32,000 nt of DNA from Mycobacterium tuberculosis H37Rv (GTDB lineage: Bacteria; Actinomycetota; Actinomycetes; Mycobacteriales; Mycobacteriaceae), in NCBI RefSeq assembly GCF_000195955.2, contig NC_000962.3, forward strand, positions 4,350,001 to 4,382,000. Direction: 5' to 3'. The notes under the pieces were generated by a model. The model was not told the origin of the DNA, made no database searches, and was given only the letters and a program-made list of their open reading frames with translations. Every line of letters starts with the position of its first letter. Within the stretch, counting starts at the first letter, position 1. Made by a program: the position numbers and the translations under genes. Below are positions 7,593 to 16,907 of this stretch, in pieces.

Positions 7593-9782
7593 TCAGCATG
7601 CGGCGGCCAGGGCCCGGTCGAGCAACCCGGTGACGTATTGCCAGTACAGCCAGTCCGCGACGGCCACACGCTGGACGGCCGCGTCAGTCGCAGTGTGCGC
7701 TTGGTGCAGGGCAATCTCCTGTGAGTGGGCAGCGTAGGCCCGGAACGCCCGCAGATGAGCGGCCTCGCGGCCGGTAGCGGTGCTGGTCATGGGCTTCATC
7801 AGCTCGAACCACAGCATGTGCCGCTCATCGCCCGGTGGATTGACATCCACCGGCGCCGGCGGCAACAAGTCGAGCAAACGCTGATCGGTAGTGTCGGCCA
7901 GCTGAGCCGCCGCCGAGGGGTCGACGACCTCCAGCCGCGACCGGCCCGTCATTTTGCCGCTCTCCGGAATGTCATCTGGCTCCAGCACAATCTTGGCCAC
8001 ACCGGGATCCGAACTGGCCAACTGCTCCGCGGTACCGATCACCGCCCGCAGCGTCATGTCGTGGAAAGCCGCCCAGGCTTGCACGGCCAAAACCGGGTAG
8101 GTGGCACAGCGTGCAATTTCGTCAACCGGGATTGCGTGATCCGCGCTGGCCAAGTACACCTTATTCGGCAATTCCATCCCGTCGGGTATGTAGGCCAGCC
8201 CATAGCTGTTGGCCACGACGATGGAACCGTCGGTGGTCACCGCGGTGATCCAGAAGAACCCGTAGTCGCCCGCGTTGTTGTCGGACGCGTTGAGCGCCGC
8301 CGCGATGCGTCGCGCCAACCGCAGCGCATCACCGCGGCCACGCTGGCGGGCGCTGGCAGCTGCAGTGGCGGCGTCGCGTGCCGCCCGAGCCGCCGACACC
8401 GGGATCATCGACACCGGCGTACCGTCATCTGCAGACTCGCTGCGATCGGGTTTGTCGATGTGATCGGTCGACGGCGGGCGGGCAGGAGGTGCCGTCCGCG
8501 CCGAGGCCGCCCGCGTGCTCGGTGCCGCCGCCTTGTCCGAGGTAGCCACCGGCGCCCGCCCAGTGGCAGCATGCGACCCCGCGCCCGAGGCCGCGGCCGT
8601 ACCCACGCTCGAACGCGCGCCCGCTCCCACGGCGGTACCGCTCGGCGCGGCGGCCGCCGCCCGTGCGCCCGGGACACCGGACGCCGCAGCCGGCGTCACC
8701 GACGCGGCGGATTCGTCCGCATGGGCAGGCCCCGACTGCGTCCCCCCGCCCGCATGCTGGCCCGGCACACCAGGTTGCTCCGCCAACGCCGCGGGTTTGA
8801 CGTGCGGCGCCGGCTCGCCCCCTGGGGTGCCCGGTGTTGCTGGACCAGACGGACCGGGAGTGGCCGGTGTAACCGGCTGGGGCCCAGGCGATGGCGCCGG
8901 TGCCGGAGCCGGCTGCGGGTGTGGAGCGGGAGCTGGGGTAACGGGCGTGGCCGGGGTTGCCGGTGTGGCCGGGGCGACCGGGGGGGTGACCGGCGTGATC
9001 GGGGTTGGCTCGCCTGGTGTGCCCGGTTTGACCGGGGTCACCGGGGTGACCGGCTTGCCCGGGGTCACCGGCGTGACGGGAGTGCCGGGCGTTGGTGTGA
9101 TCGGAGTTACCGGCGCTCCCGGGATGGGTGTGATTGGGGTTCCCGGGGTGATCGGGGTTCCCGGGGTGATCGGGGTTCCCGGTGTGCCCGGTGTGCCCGG
9201 GGATGGCACGACCAGGGTAGGCACGTCTGGGGGTGGCGGCGACTTCTGCTGAAGCAAATCCTCGAGTGCGTTCTTCGGAGGTTTCCAATTCTTGGATTCC
9301 AGCACCCGCTCAGCGGTCTCGGCGACCAGACTGACATTGGCCCCATGCGTCGCCGTGACCAATGAATTGATGGCGGTATGGCGCTCATCAGCATCCAGGC
9401 TAGGGTCATTCTCCAGGATATCGATCTCCCGTTGAGCGCCATCCACATTATTGCCGATATCGGATTTAGCTTGCTCAATCAACCCGGCAATATGCCTGTG
9501 CCAGGTAATCACCGTGGCGAGATAATCCTGCAGCGTCATCAATTGATTGATGTTTGCACCCAGGGCGCCGTTGGCAGCATTGGCGGCGCCGCCGGACCAT
9601 AGGCCGCCTTCGAAGACGTGGCCTTTCTGCTGGCGGCAGGTGTCCAATACATCGGTGACCCTTTGCAAAACCTGGCTATATTCCTGGGCCCGGTCATAGA
9701 AAGTGTCTTCATCGGCTTCCACCCAGCCGCCCGGATCCAGCATCTGTCTGGCATAGCTGCCCGTCGGCCTGGTAATACTCAT
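7593..9782 (-). CDS. espK: EspK (Rv3879c), ESX-1 secretion-associated protein, 729 aa
   Basis: ATG at 9782 follows GGGGAGGG/AGGGG. The N-terminal helical domain has WxG ([11 protein letters not shown]). It is followed by a Pro/Thr/Gly/Val/Ala low-complexity linker of roughly 300 aa (Pro-rich core about 150 aa) containing PGTPIT repeats, and then a C-terminal globular domain. It is convergent with espJ. Confidence 0.95.
9130..9201 (-). repeat. In-frame 18-bp tandem repeat inside espK (3 units, PGTPIT) followed by two 9-bp units
   Basis: Plus-strand units are gtgattggggttcccggg (9130-9147), gtgatcggggttcccggg (9148-9165) and gtgatcggggttcccggt (9166-9183), then gtgcccggt and gtgcccggg (9184-9201). 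They sit in a wider Pro/Thr/Gly/Val low-complexity tract at about 8790-9240. Confidence 0.9.
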
Positions 9783-10198
9783 CCCCTACTGCCCTCCCCA
9801 AACCGCCAGATCGCCTCGCGGATCACCGTCCGGTTGGCCTCCGGCATTTCACGCCGGCTCGGCCGCTGGATCCACCCCGCGCCGGTATTCGCAGTAACCC
9901 GTTGAATCCGCGCGCATGATGCACCGCTTGGGCGATCAGCCGGGTGGTCACCTCGCTTGCGCTGGCCGCGCTGTCGCACGGGGCGCTCGGTGGTAACGGA
10001 CGTCATAATTAACCAGCGTAACCGAACCTAAGACCAGCTAGCTGCGGCAATATTGGCGACCAGGACTATGGCGCCCTCCGAACCCGGCCGATCCATGTCA
10101 AAACATTGACAATGCGTACTCACGCCGTGTCGGGCGCGCTGAATGACCGCATTGCGGCGCTCATTCGGTGCGTAGTCGCTACCACCGCAACAATGGGC

Positions 10199-10546
10199 TT
10201 AGGCCATTCCTTCGTTCATCGCGCGGGACATGGCCGATAACGCAGCGGTCAGCTGCTCGCCCGCCGCGTCGTTATACGCGGACGCCGCGGCCTGCGCATT
10301 GTGCAGCGCCTCGTTGACCCGCTGAGCCACCGCCTCGGCACCCAGCTTCTTCAGCAAACCATCTTCGATGCGCAGGCCGGTGAGCCACTGGTGCCCATTG
10401 ATCGTCACTTCGACGGTCTCGGCTTCGTCGGTGGCGCGGAAGGATCCGTTGTTCATCTGATTGAGCGTCCCGTCTAGGGCCGACTGAAACCGCGCCGCCA
10501 GCGTCAACGCCCGGGCGACATGCGGGTCCAATTCGTCCATGCTCAC
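10199..10546 (-). CDS. espL: EspL (Rv3880c), small ESX-1-associated protein (YbaB-like fold family), 115 aa
   Basis: The GTG start at 10546 overlaps the espB TGA (GTGA). The sequence (M)SMDELDPHVARALTLAARFQSALDGTLNQMNNGSFRATDEAETVEVTINGHQWLTGLRIEDGLLKKLGAEAV... is recognised as EspL. Confidence 0.93.
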   Translation of the reverse strand: MSMDELDPHVARALTLAARFQSALDGTLNQMNNGSFRATDEAETVEVTINGHQWLTGLRIEDGLLKKLGAEAVAQRVNEALHNAQAAASAYNDAAGEQLTAALSAMSRAMNEGMA

Positions 10547-11925
10547 TTCGACTCCTTACTGTCCTGGCGCCGACGGTTACCAATGACGGCCTCGGTCCAT
10601 GCCCGATCCTCGGTGTAGAGCGCCTCGTCTTCCTGCTGAGAACCCTTGGACTTGGCGCCCCCTTGTCCCTGATGCGCGGCACCCATCGGCATTCCCATGC
10701 CACCGCCGCCCAGCGCGGCGCCGCCGCCGGCCCTTCCCTGGCCTAAGCCGGCAATGTCACCAGCGCCAGCGGGCCGCACCGATTCGGCGCCCCCGATCGC
10801 GGATCCCAACGGCGCCGACGGCACCCCGCCGCCTCCACCGCCACCGAGCGATGCCGCTTTGACCGCCACGTCGCCCGACAGCGCTGCGGCTTCCCGCCCA
10901 GCCGACGTCAGCTGCGCCGCCGTGTCAGCCGGGAGGCCACCACCCGGCGATCCGGTAGGCGGAACCATCGGTGCGGCTGGCATCCCGGTACCGGGAGTCA
11001 CACCGGAGCCGTCAGACGGCGGCATCAGGAAGCCAGGGATCAATCCCTGCTCTTGCGGAGGCGGGGGCGGGTCGATCTTGATGGCGGGGGGAGGCTTCGG
11101 CGGGTTTACCGGTTCCAGGGCTGCCTTGTTGTTGTATTCGGTCAGCACCTTCTCCGACCTCTGCTGATACTCCGCGTACACCGGGAGAATTTGGTCGCGG
11201 GCCGAAGGGTTTTCCGCGTAAAGCCGTTCGAGCCCGACTATGTCTTCATAAGTCGGATGTTCCCGCCTAGCCCACACGTGCAGCTGCGCGACATATTGAG
11301 CCTGCTTGGCCATCGCAGCGCTCAATTTGGCCATGTGGAGTATCCATTGCCGTTGTTGATCGAGCGAAGCCTCGCAAGCGGTAGCCGCATCGCCTTCCCA
11401 GTTGTCAAACCCCCGGAACCGCTTGACGTCGCCTTGCAGCGTCAGGTTGAAAGTGTTCCACCCATCCGCAAAGTGCGCGAGCGATGCGCCTTGGTCGCCC
11501 GTTTCGAGCTTCCTTGCCGCTTCTTTGAGATCCATGAAGTTGGGTTCACCGGCCGTGGCCACCCTCGGCGTATCGGTTAGTTCGGCCGAACTGTCCCCTC
11601 CGACGGCCCCGGCCGATTCTGCCTGCACAGTTCCTTCGCCGTCGTTGTCCAGCGCGGTCGCAGCCTCCTCATCAACCTCGCCATACGCCTTGGCCGCGTT
11701 GCGCAGCGAGGTCGCCAGACGCTGCCGCTCTTTGGCACCGGCCGCCAGGTATTCCCGCATGTTGTCGGCGGACAATACCAGCTGTTGGGCGGCGTTTTTA
11801 GCCGCCGTGAGTTCGCACGGTGTGATGGGGACATCAGTCGGTGGGTCCGCCATCGGGGCCTCCACCTCGTTGGCCCTGTTCAAAATCTCTTGCTGATCCA
11901 CCGTCACGGTCTGCGACTGCGTCAT
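10543..11925 (-). CDS. espB: EspB (Rv3881c), secreted ESX-1 substrate with fused PE/PPE-like fold, 460 aa
   Basis: ATG at 11925 follows AGGAGGA (revcomp of 11933-11939). It contains YxxxD (AYGEVDEE) and WxG (NWEGDAA), a Pro-rich segment, and a Gly-rich C-terminal tail (GGGGGGGVPSAPLG...). The sequence is recognised as EspB. Confidence 0.96.
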   Translation of the reverse strand: MTQSQTVTVDQQEILNRANEVEAPMADPPTDVPITPCELTAAKNAAQQLVLSADNMREYLAAGAKERQRLATSLRNAAKAYGEVDEEAATALDNDGEGTVQAESAGAVGGDSSAELTDTPRVATAGEPNFMDLKEAARKLETGDQGASLAHFADGWNTFNLTLQGDVKRFRGFDNWEGDAATACEASLDQQRQWILHMAKLSAAMAKQAQYVAQLHVWARREHPTYEDIVGLERLYAENPSARDQILPVYAEYQQRSEKVLTEYNNKAALEPVNPPKPPPAIKIDPPPPPQEQGLIPGFLMPPSDGSGVTPGTGMPAAPMVPPTGSPGGGLPADTAAQLTSAGREAAALSGDVAVKAASLGGGGGGGVPSAPLGSAIGGAESVRPAGAGDIAGLGQGRAGGGAALGGGGMGMPMGAAHQGQGGAKSKGSQQEDEALYTEDRAWTEAVIGNRRRQDSKESK

Positions 11926-12031
11926 ATCGGATCATCCTCCTTAGTGCTATAGCCATTATCGTCGCTAAACTGAAAGGTTCCTGCACTAATTTGATGCCGC
12001 CCGTTCATGCCGGCATCGCGAACGGATCGCC

Positions 12032-13420
12032 CTACTTCGGCAGCGCCATCTGGTAGCGGCTTTCCTCGGGTGGGGAAACCCGGCGAATCGGCAGCTGCCG
12101 ATGCCGCGGGGTACCGATCACATTGTGCCGCAGAATCACCCGGTCAATACCGGGATGCGGGCCGAGATAGGTCGTCGCATTCGGCCACGCCACCTTTACC
12201 TCCTGCCCGATGTGTGCGCCGATCAACCGGGCAAATTCCTCGAACTGTGGCCCGACTGTGACCATCGCACCTGCCGCCGCCGCACGCACCACGAACTGGG
12301 TGAATGTCTGAGCGTCACCCAGGTTGAGGGCGATGTCGACATCGTCGAAGGGCATGTAGACCGGGCATCGGTTCACCGTCTCGCCGACCAGTACCCCAGC
12401 TGACCCGATCGGCAGCTGGCAGTGGCGGTTGGCCACCAGATGCTGGCCTTGCAGCGCGGGCCGCTGCCCGCCAAATAGGCGGGCGAAGCCCCTGGGTGTC
12501 TTGGGCTTGTCCGCCGTGGTCAGCAACACCGTGGACTGCGGGGCCATCCCCGGCGCGACCCGGACTCTGGTGATGGTGTGGTCCGCGCGCGCCGACCACC
12601 ATACATCCGGACCTCCGGGCGCCGCGTAGGCGGCAGTGTAGGCATCGCGCCCCTTGATCATCGACCATTTCTCCCGCACAAAGCCGATGTCGGTGGCGTG
12701 GTCGTAGTCATCGAAGCTGCGGCCACACACCGCGTCGACACCATGGCTAGCCAGTCGATCGGCAATGCGCGTCGCGGACGCCACCAAATACCGGGCCAGT
12801 CCTGCGACGCCTTCATCGCGGCGCTGCGCCGATTTGCGGGTGCGTTCCGGGTCGGCGCGCAGCACGATCCAGGTCCGGCGGTTCGCCGGCGCCGGGTCTG
12901 TCCCGATCACCTGCTGATACAGACTCACCACGTCCGGCGCTGCGGTATTGCCGACGCGGTAGCCGGCTGAGACGATATCGGCCTCCAAGTCGGGACAGTG
13001 CACCGACAGGAGCTCCTCCACCAGTCCGGTGTCCAGCATGTCGTCGGTGTGGGCTTGCCCGTCGACGATGACCGTCGGCGTGAATGGTCGGGGAATGAGC
13101 TCGATTACGGCGACCAGAAACTCGCCTTGCCAGCGCACCGCAACGTGATCTCCTGGCTTCACGGTGGCCCCGACCACAGGTTCTGACGAGGAATCCGGGG
13201 GCCGTCGGCGCCGCCGCAACCACGCGTACACCGCCGCCACCCAGCCGGTGATCCGGCGGCCGTAGAAAGTGACCGTGGCCACGATGACGCCCAACGAGGC
13301 CAGCGCAATCCCCGCCCACCAGTAGCGCGTCTCCAAGAATGCGATGATGCATGGCGGGGCCAACGCGGAGGCAAGCAAGGCGTGCCCGGTGCTGAACCGC
13401 AGCCCTAAAGGATTTCTCAT
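12032..13420 (-). CDS. eccE1: EccE1 (Rv3882c), ESX-1 membrane core component, 462 aa
   Basis: The ATG at 13420 overlaps the mycP1 TGA (ATGA at 13417-13420). Two N-terminal TM helices (ALLASALAPPCIIAFL..., WWAGIALASLGVIVATVTF) precede a large soluble domain. The sequence is recognised as EccE1. Confidence 0.95.
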   Translation of the reverse strand: MRNPLGLRFSTGHALLASALAPPCIIAFLETRYWWAGIALASLGVIVATVTFYGRRITGWVAAVYAWLRRRRRPPDSSSEPVVGATVKPGDHVAVRWQGEFLVAVIELIPRPFTPTVIVDGQAHTDDMLDTGLVEELLSVHCPDLEADIVSAGYRVGNTAAPDVVSLYQQVIGTDPAPANRRTWIVLRADPERTRKSAQRRDEGVAGLARYLVASATRIADRLASHGVDAVCGRSFDDYDHATDIGFVREKWSMIKGRDAYTAAYAAPGGPDVWWSARADHTITRVRVAPGMAPQSTVLLTTADKPKTPRGFARLFGGQRPALQGQHLVANRHCQLPIGSAGVLVGETVNRCPVYMPFDDVDIALNLGDAQTFTQFVVRAAAAGAMVTVGPQFEEFARLIGAHIGQEVKVAWPNATTYLGPHPGIDRVILRHNVIGTPRHRQLPIRRVSPPEESRYQMALPK

Positions 13421-14757
13421 CGGCGGCTCAGCGCCCGTCTAGCCAGCGCGCCCAGGCCCAGGGCCAACGTAAGGCCGACGGCCACCAACGCCACAGCCGT
13501 AATCGGGCGACGATCGGGACCCGGCTCCACCACCGGGGGTGGAAGTCGTCTGACGTTGTATGGCGCCGAAGCAGGGCCGGGCGGAATGTCCCACGTCAGC
13601 GCGGCCACCGCATCGATGACGCCGGCGCCGACCAGGTCGTCGACCCCGCCCCCGGGGTGTCTCGCGGTGGCGGTGATCCGGTGGATGATCTGCGCCGGCG
13701 TCAGGTCGGGGAACCGCTGCCGAAGCAGGGCCGCCAGACCCGACACATATGCCGCGGCAAACGAGGTGCCGGCGATGGGTACCGGCCCCTCCCGGCCTTG
13801 CAGCGCATTCACCGGTTCACCGGTGTCGCCGAGCGCGACGATGTTTTCTGCGGGCGCGGCCACGTCCACCCACGGTCCGTGCATCGAGAACGAGCTGGGC
13901 ATCCCGGTCTGGCCGATACCGCCGACGCTTAACACCAGCGGTGCGTACCACGCCGGGGTGACAACGGTCTGCACATTGTTCCAGCCGCGTGGGTCGCCGG
14001 GTGTGGACGGGTCCGGCGCCGGATTCTGTACGCAATCGCCACCGGTGTTGCCGGCCGCGACCACCACCACCACGCCTTTGACGTTGACCGCATAGTCGAT
14101 GGATGCACCCAGTGAGGTTTCATCGATCGGCCTGCTCACCTTGTAGCAGGCGGCTTCACTGATGTTGATCACACCCACGCCGAGGTTGGCGGCGTGCACC
14201 ACGGCGCGGGCAAGACTGCGGATGGAACCGGCGGCCGGGGTGGCGTTGGGGTCATTCGGGTTGGCTTGTGAGCCGACCGGTTCGAAGGCCTCAGACGTCT
14301 GACGTAGCGAGAGCAGTCGAGCGTCGGGCGCGACGCCGACGAACCCGTCGGTGGGCGCGGGCCGGCCCGCGATGATGGATGCTGTGAGAGTCCCATGGGC
14401 ATCACAGTCAGACAGGCCGTTACCGGCCTGGTCGACGAAATCGCCGCCAGGTTCCGCCGGGACCCGTGGCGAAGCGTCGACACCGGTGTCGATCACCGCC
14501 ACCGTCACCCCGGCCCCGGTCGCGAACTTGTGGGCATCGGCCACGCCCAGATACGTGTTGCTCCACGGCGGATCGTGGAACCCGGACCCCGGCAGCGTGG
14601 TGGGCGACGCGCACAAAACGCGCTGTTCGGTAGGCTGATCCGGGCCCGTCACGTCGGGCGGCAACGCGCCCGGATCGATCGGCGGTGGCGTGATGGCCGA
14701 TGCGGGCGACGCGGTGAGCAACGCCAGCGCCACCGTGATCAGAAAGATACGGTGCAC
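13417..14757 (-). CDS. mycP1: MycP1 (Rv3883c), ESX-1 mycosin, membrane-anchored subtilisin-like serine protease, 446 aa from GTG 14757 (456 aa if ATG 14787 is used)
   Basis: Signal peptide (V)HRIFLITVALALLTASPASA. Subtilase triad contexts are VAVIDTGV (Asp), DAHGTLTASIIAG (His) and GTSFAAAYVSG (Ser). A C-terminal TM anchor ITAVALVAVGLTLALGLGALA is present. GGAG lies 10 nt upstream of GTG 14757. The alternative in-frame ATG at 14787 cannot be excluded from sequence alone. Confidence 0.93.
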   Translation of the reverse strand: MHRIFLITVALALLTASPASAITPPPIDPGALPPDVTGPDQPTEQRVLCASPTTLPGSGFHDPPWSNTYLGVADAHKFATGAGVTVAVIDTGVDASPRVPAEPGGDFVDQAGNGLSDCDAHGTLTASIIAGRPAPTDGFVGVAPDARLLSLRQTSEAFEPVGSQANPNDPNATPAAGSIRSLARAVVHAANLGVGVINISEAACYKVSRPIDETSLGASIDYAVNVKGVVVVVAAGNTGGDCVQNPAPDPSTPGDPRGWNNVQTVVTPAWYAPLVLSVGGIGQTGMPSSFSMHGPWVDVAAPAENIVALGDTGEPVNALQGREGPVPIAGTSFAAAYVSGLAALLRQRFPDLTPAQIIHRITATARHPGGGVDDLVGAGVIDAVAALTWDIPPGPASAPYNVRRLPPPVVEPGPDRRPITAVALVAVGLTLALGLGALARRALSRR

Positions 14758-14770
14758 TCCCAGAACACTC

Positions 14771-14810
14771 CATTCGTTGAGATTCATTGCGATTCATTGA
14801 GCTGCGTTGC
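14771..14810. repeat. Four tandem 10-bp units (three close copies plus one degenerate) at the mycP1 5' end / promoter-proximal region
   Basis: cattcgttga (14771-14780), gattcattgc (14781-14790), gattcattga (14791-14800), gctgcgttgc (14801-10, 7/10 match). The period is one helical turn. The repeat creates two minus-strand ATGs 10 nt apart (14787 in frame with mycP1, 14797 out of frame). Confidence 0.8.
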
Positions 14811-14978
14811 TACCTTGGGCCACTTGACGGACCTGTGTGCATTTTAGACGTAACGGCTGGGCAAACAACGCTGTCACGCCTGGGCTGGTCCGCCGCGCCG
14901 ACCAGGGCGCGTAGGCGCTGTACCTGGACCACGCCGGGACTCAACGGTTTTGCTACCGCACTAGCCGATATGCGGCTG

Positions 14979-16838
14979 CTACCAAACGATCGCGGCCATG
15001 TCTCGGTTGTCTGAGCACACGCTGCGTATCGCGGCATCGATGTCGGTGGCGGTGATGATCTGCAGATCCTGAACCGATACCGGTTGGCCCGCACGTTTTT
15101 GCGCAACCACCCGGGTGTCCCGGAACCCTTCGGCGCGTTCGATCACGTTGCGGGCGAACCGACCGTTTTGCATAGCGTCGATACCGTGCTGCCCACTAGG
15201 GGTGGTGTAGTTACGGATGGTGGTGACCGCGTCGAGGAATACCTCCCGTGCGGCGTCATCGAGCTGGCTGGCGCGCGGTGTAGCGTAGCGGTGTCCAATC
15301 TCGACGATCTCCACCGGCGAATAAGACTCGAACCGCAGCTTTCGGTTGAACCGGCCAGCCAAACCCGGGTTCACGGTGAGGAATTCATCCACCTGATCCT
15401 CATAGCCGGCCCCGATGAAACAGAAGTCGAATCGGTGTGTTTCCAATTGAACCAGGAGTTGATTGACCGCCTCCATGCCGATCATGTCCGGTGTTCCGTC
15501 TTGATGACGTTCGATCAGCGAGTAGAACTCGTCCATGAAAATGATTCGCCCGAGTGACTTTTCGATCAGCTCGTTCGTCTTGGGTCCTGACTCCCCGATG
15601 TAGTGCCCACAGAAGTCCGATCGGCGAACTTCTCGAATTTCGGGGTGACGCACGATCCCCATGCCGGCGTAGATCTTGCCGAGCGCTTCAGCGGTGGTTG
15701 TCTTACCTGTGCCTGGTGGCCCCACCAGCAACATGTGGTTGGTCTGCCCCTCCACCGGTAGGCCGTGCTCTAGGCGCATCATGCGCACCTCGAGTTGGTC
15801 TTCCAGCGCCGATACCGCTTGCTTGACCGCCGCCAGGCCCACCTGTTTGGCCAGCAGTTCCCGGCCCTCGGCTAGCAGCTCGCCGCGCCGCTGCGCTGCA
15901 TTGTCGTCATCGAGCTGGTCGCGGCTTTTCGCCGTCGAAGCATCCCAACGGTCGGAGCGGCTGGCGATGGTTCGTTCATCGGTAACAATCAAGCGCAGGT
16001 TCGGGTCCGCCAGGGCTTCTTTGGCGGCGTCGGTGAGCACCCCGTTGATGGTGGCCTTCGACAGCCAGATCTGGGCCTTGTCCTCCTCATGCAGTTGCCG
16101 GTACACCATCCCCCGCACATACGCCAAGTCGGCGACCAGCAGCGGAATATCGGCCGGTCCGATCGCCGCGGTGAGCACGTCGGCGCCGAACCGCTCCGAT
16201 GACCTGCTGTGTCCGATCACGTCCACCCGGTCCAGCCAGTCCAGGGCCACTCGCCCCTGCCCGAGATGGGCGGCGGCGTGGGCTGCCAGCGCACAAATCG
16301 ACGCGGTCACCGCCGGCATGACGATCGCCTGTGGCGGCAGATCCTCGGCGGCCGTCGACAACACGTCGGGCCATCGCTGCGTGACGTACATCAGGAACGC
16401 CCGAGCCAGCTGATGCCACTGGTAGTTGCGCCACGAATCCAATAGCTCGCGGTTTGCTAACAGGGCATCGGCCTTCGCATACTCCCCCGCGATCGTCAAC
16501 GCCGACGACAGCGCCAGCCCCACCTGAGATGCGTCGGTCACCGTGATCCCGATGGATGGTCCCAGCTGGACCTCAGCGGCCAACGTCCGGCCGATCCGCG
16601 TGGTCTCGCGGTGCAGCCACTCGCTATGGGCGTTGAGCTGCTTAAGCGAGGCCAGATCGCGGTCACCGCAGGCGATACGACCCAGCCACGCGTCGGCCAT
16701 CGACGGATCGGCCTCGGTGGCAGCCACAAACTCAGGCAACGCCGCCACGCATCCCTGGCCATTCTTGATCGTCATCGCCCGATCGAAATGCCGGCGCGCA
16801 GTGAGTAAATCACCCATCGTGTCCACCATTCTCGACAT
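14979..16838 (-). CDS. eccA2: EccA2 (Rv3884c), ESX-2 cytosolic AAA+ (CbbX-type) ATPase with TPR-like N-terminal domain, 619 aa
   Basis: Walker A LLVGPPGTGKTTTAEALG, Walker B IIFMDEFYSL and a helical repeat N-terminal domain. ATG at 16838 gives the 619-aa length I remember. An upstream in-frame GTG at 16853 would add 5 aa. Confidence 0.94.
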   Translation of the reverse strand: MSRMVDTMGDLLTARRHFDRAMTIKNGQGCVAALPEFVAATEADPSMADAWLGRIACGDRDLASLKQLNAHSEWLHRETTRIGRTLAAEVQLGPSIGITVTDASQVGLALSSALTIAGEYAKADALLANRELLDSWRNYQWHQLARAFLMYVTQRWPDVLSTAAEDLPPQAIVMPAVTASICALAAHAAAHLGQGRVALDWLDRVDVIGHSRSSERFGADVLTAAIGPADIPLLVADLAYVRGMVYRQLHEEDKAQIWLSKATINGVLTDAAKEALADPNLRLIVTDERTIASRSDRWDASTAKSRDQLDDDNAAQRRGELLAEGRELLAKQVGLAAVKQAVSALEDQLEVRMMRLEHGLPVEGQTNHMLLVGPPGTGKTTTAEALGKIYAGMGIVRHPEIREVRRSDFCGHYIGESGPKTNELIEKSLGRIIFMDEFYSLIERHQDGTPDMIGMEAVNQLLVQLETHRFDFCFIGAGYEDQVDEFLTVNPGLAGRFNRKLRFESYSPVEIVEIGHRYATPRASQLDDAAREVFLDAVTTIRNYTTPSGQHGIDAMQNGRFARNVIERAEGFRDTRVVAQKRAGQPVSVQDLQIITATDIDAAIRSVCSDNRDMAAIVW

Positions 16839-16907
16839 CGCCGCCGCTGTCACCGCGGTTGCAACGTGTGTCTGTCACTCTGTGCCTCAAATTCCGTTGG
16901 CAACGTT

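Noticed and set aside
7536-7619. 9-nt inverted repeat gaccgggcc (7536-7544) / ggcccggtc (7611-7619) around the convergent espJ/espK stops as a bidirectional terminator
   Set aside because: The arms are 66 nt apart, the right arm lies inside espK coding sequence, the intervening sequence does not extend the stem, and there is no U-tract. A 9-mer GC-rich match is weak evidence at this base composition.
7725-9365. 546-aa plus-strand ORF (and 8515-9252+, 8425-9288-) overlapping espK
   Set aside because: They are antisense or alternate-frame to a recognised gene (EspK). Their products are Arg/Gly/His-rich nonsense typical of off-frame reading of GC-rich Pro-codon repeats. Low stop-codon density in 65-70% GC DNA explains their length.
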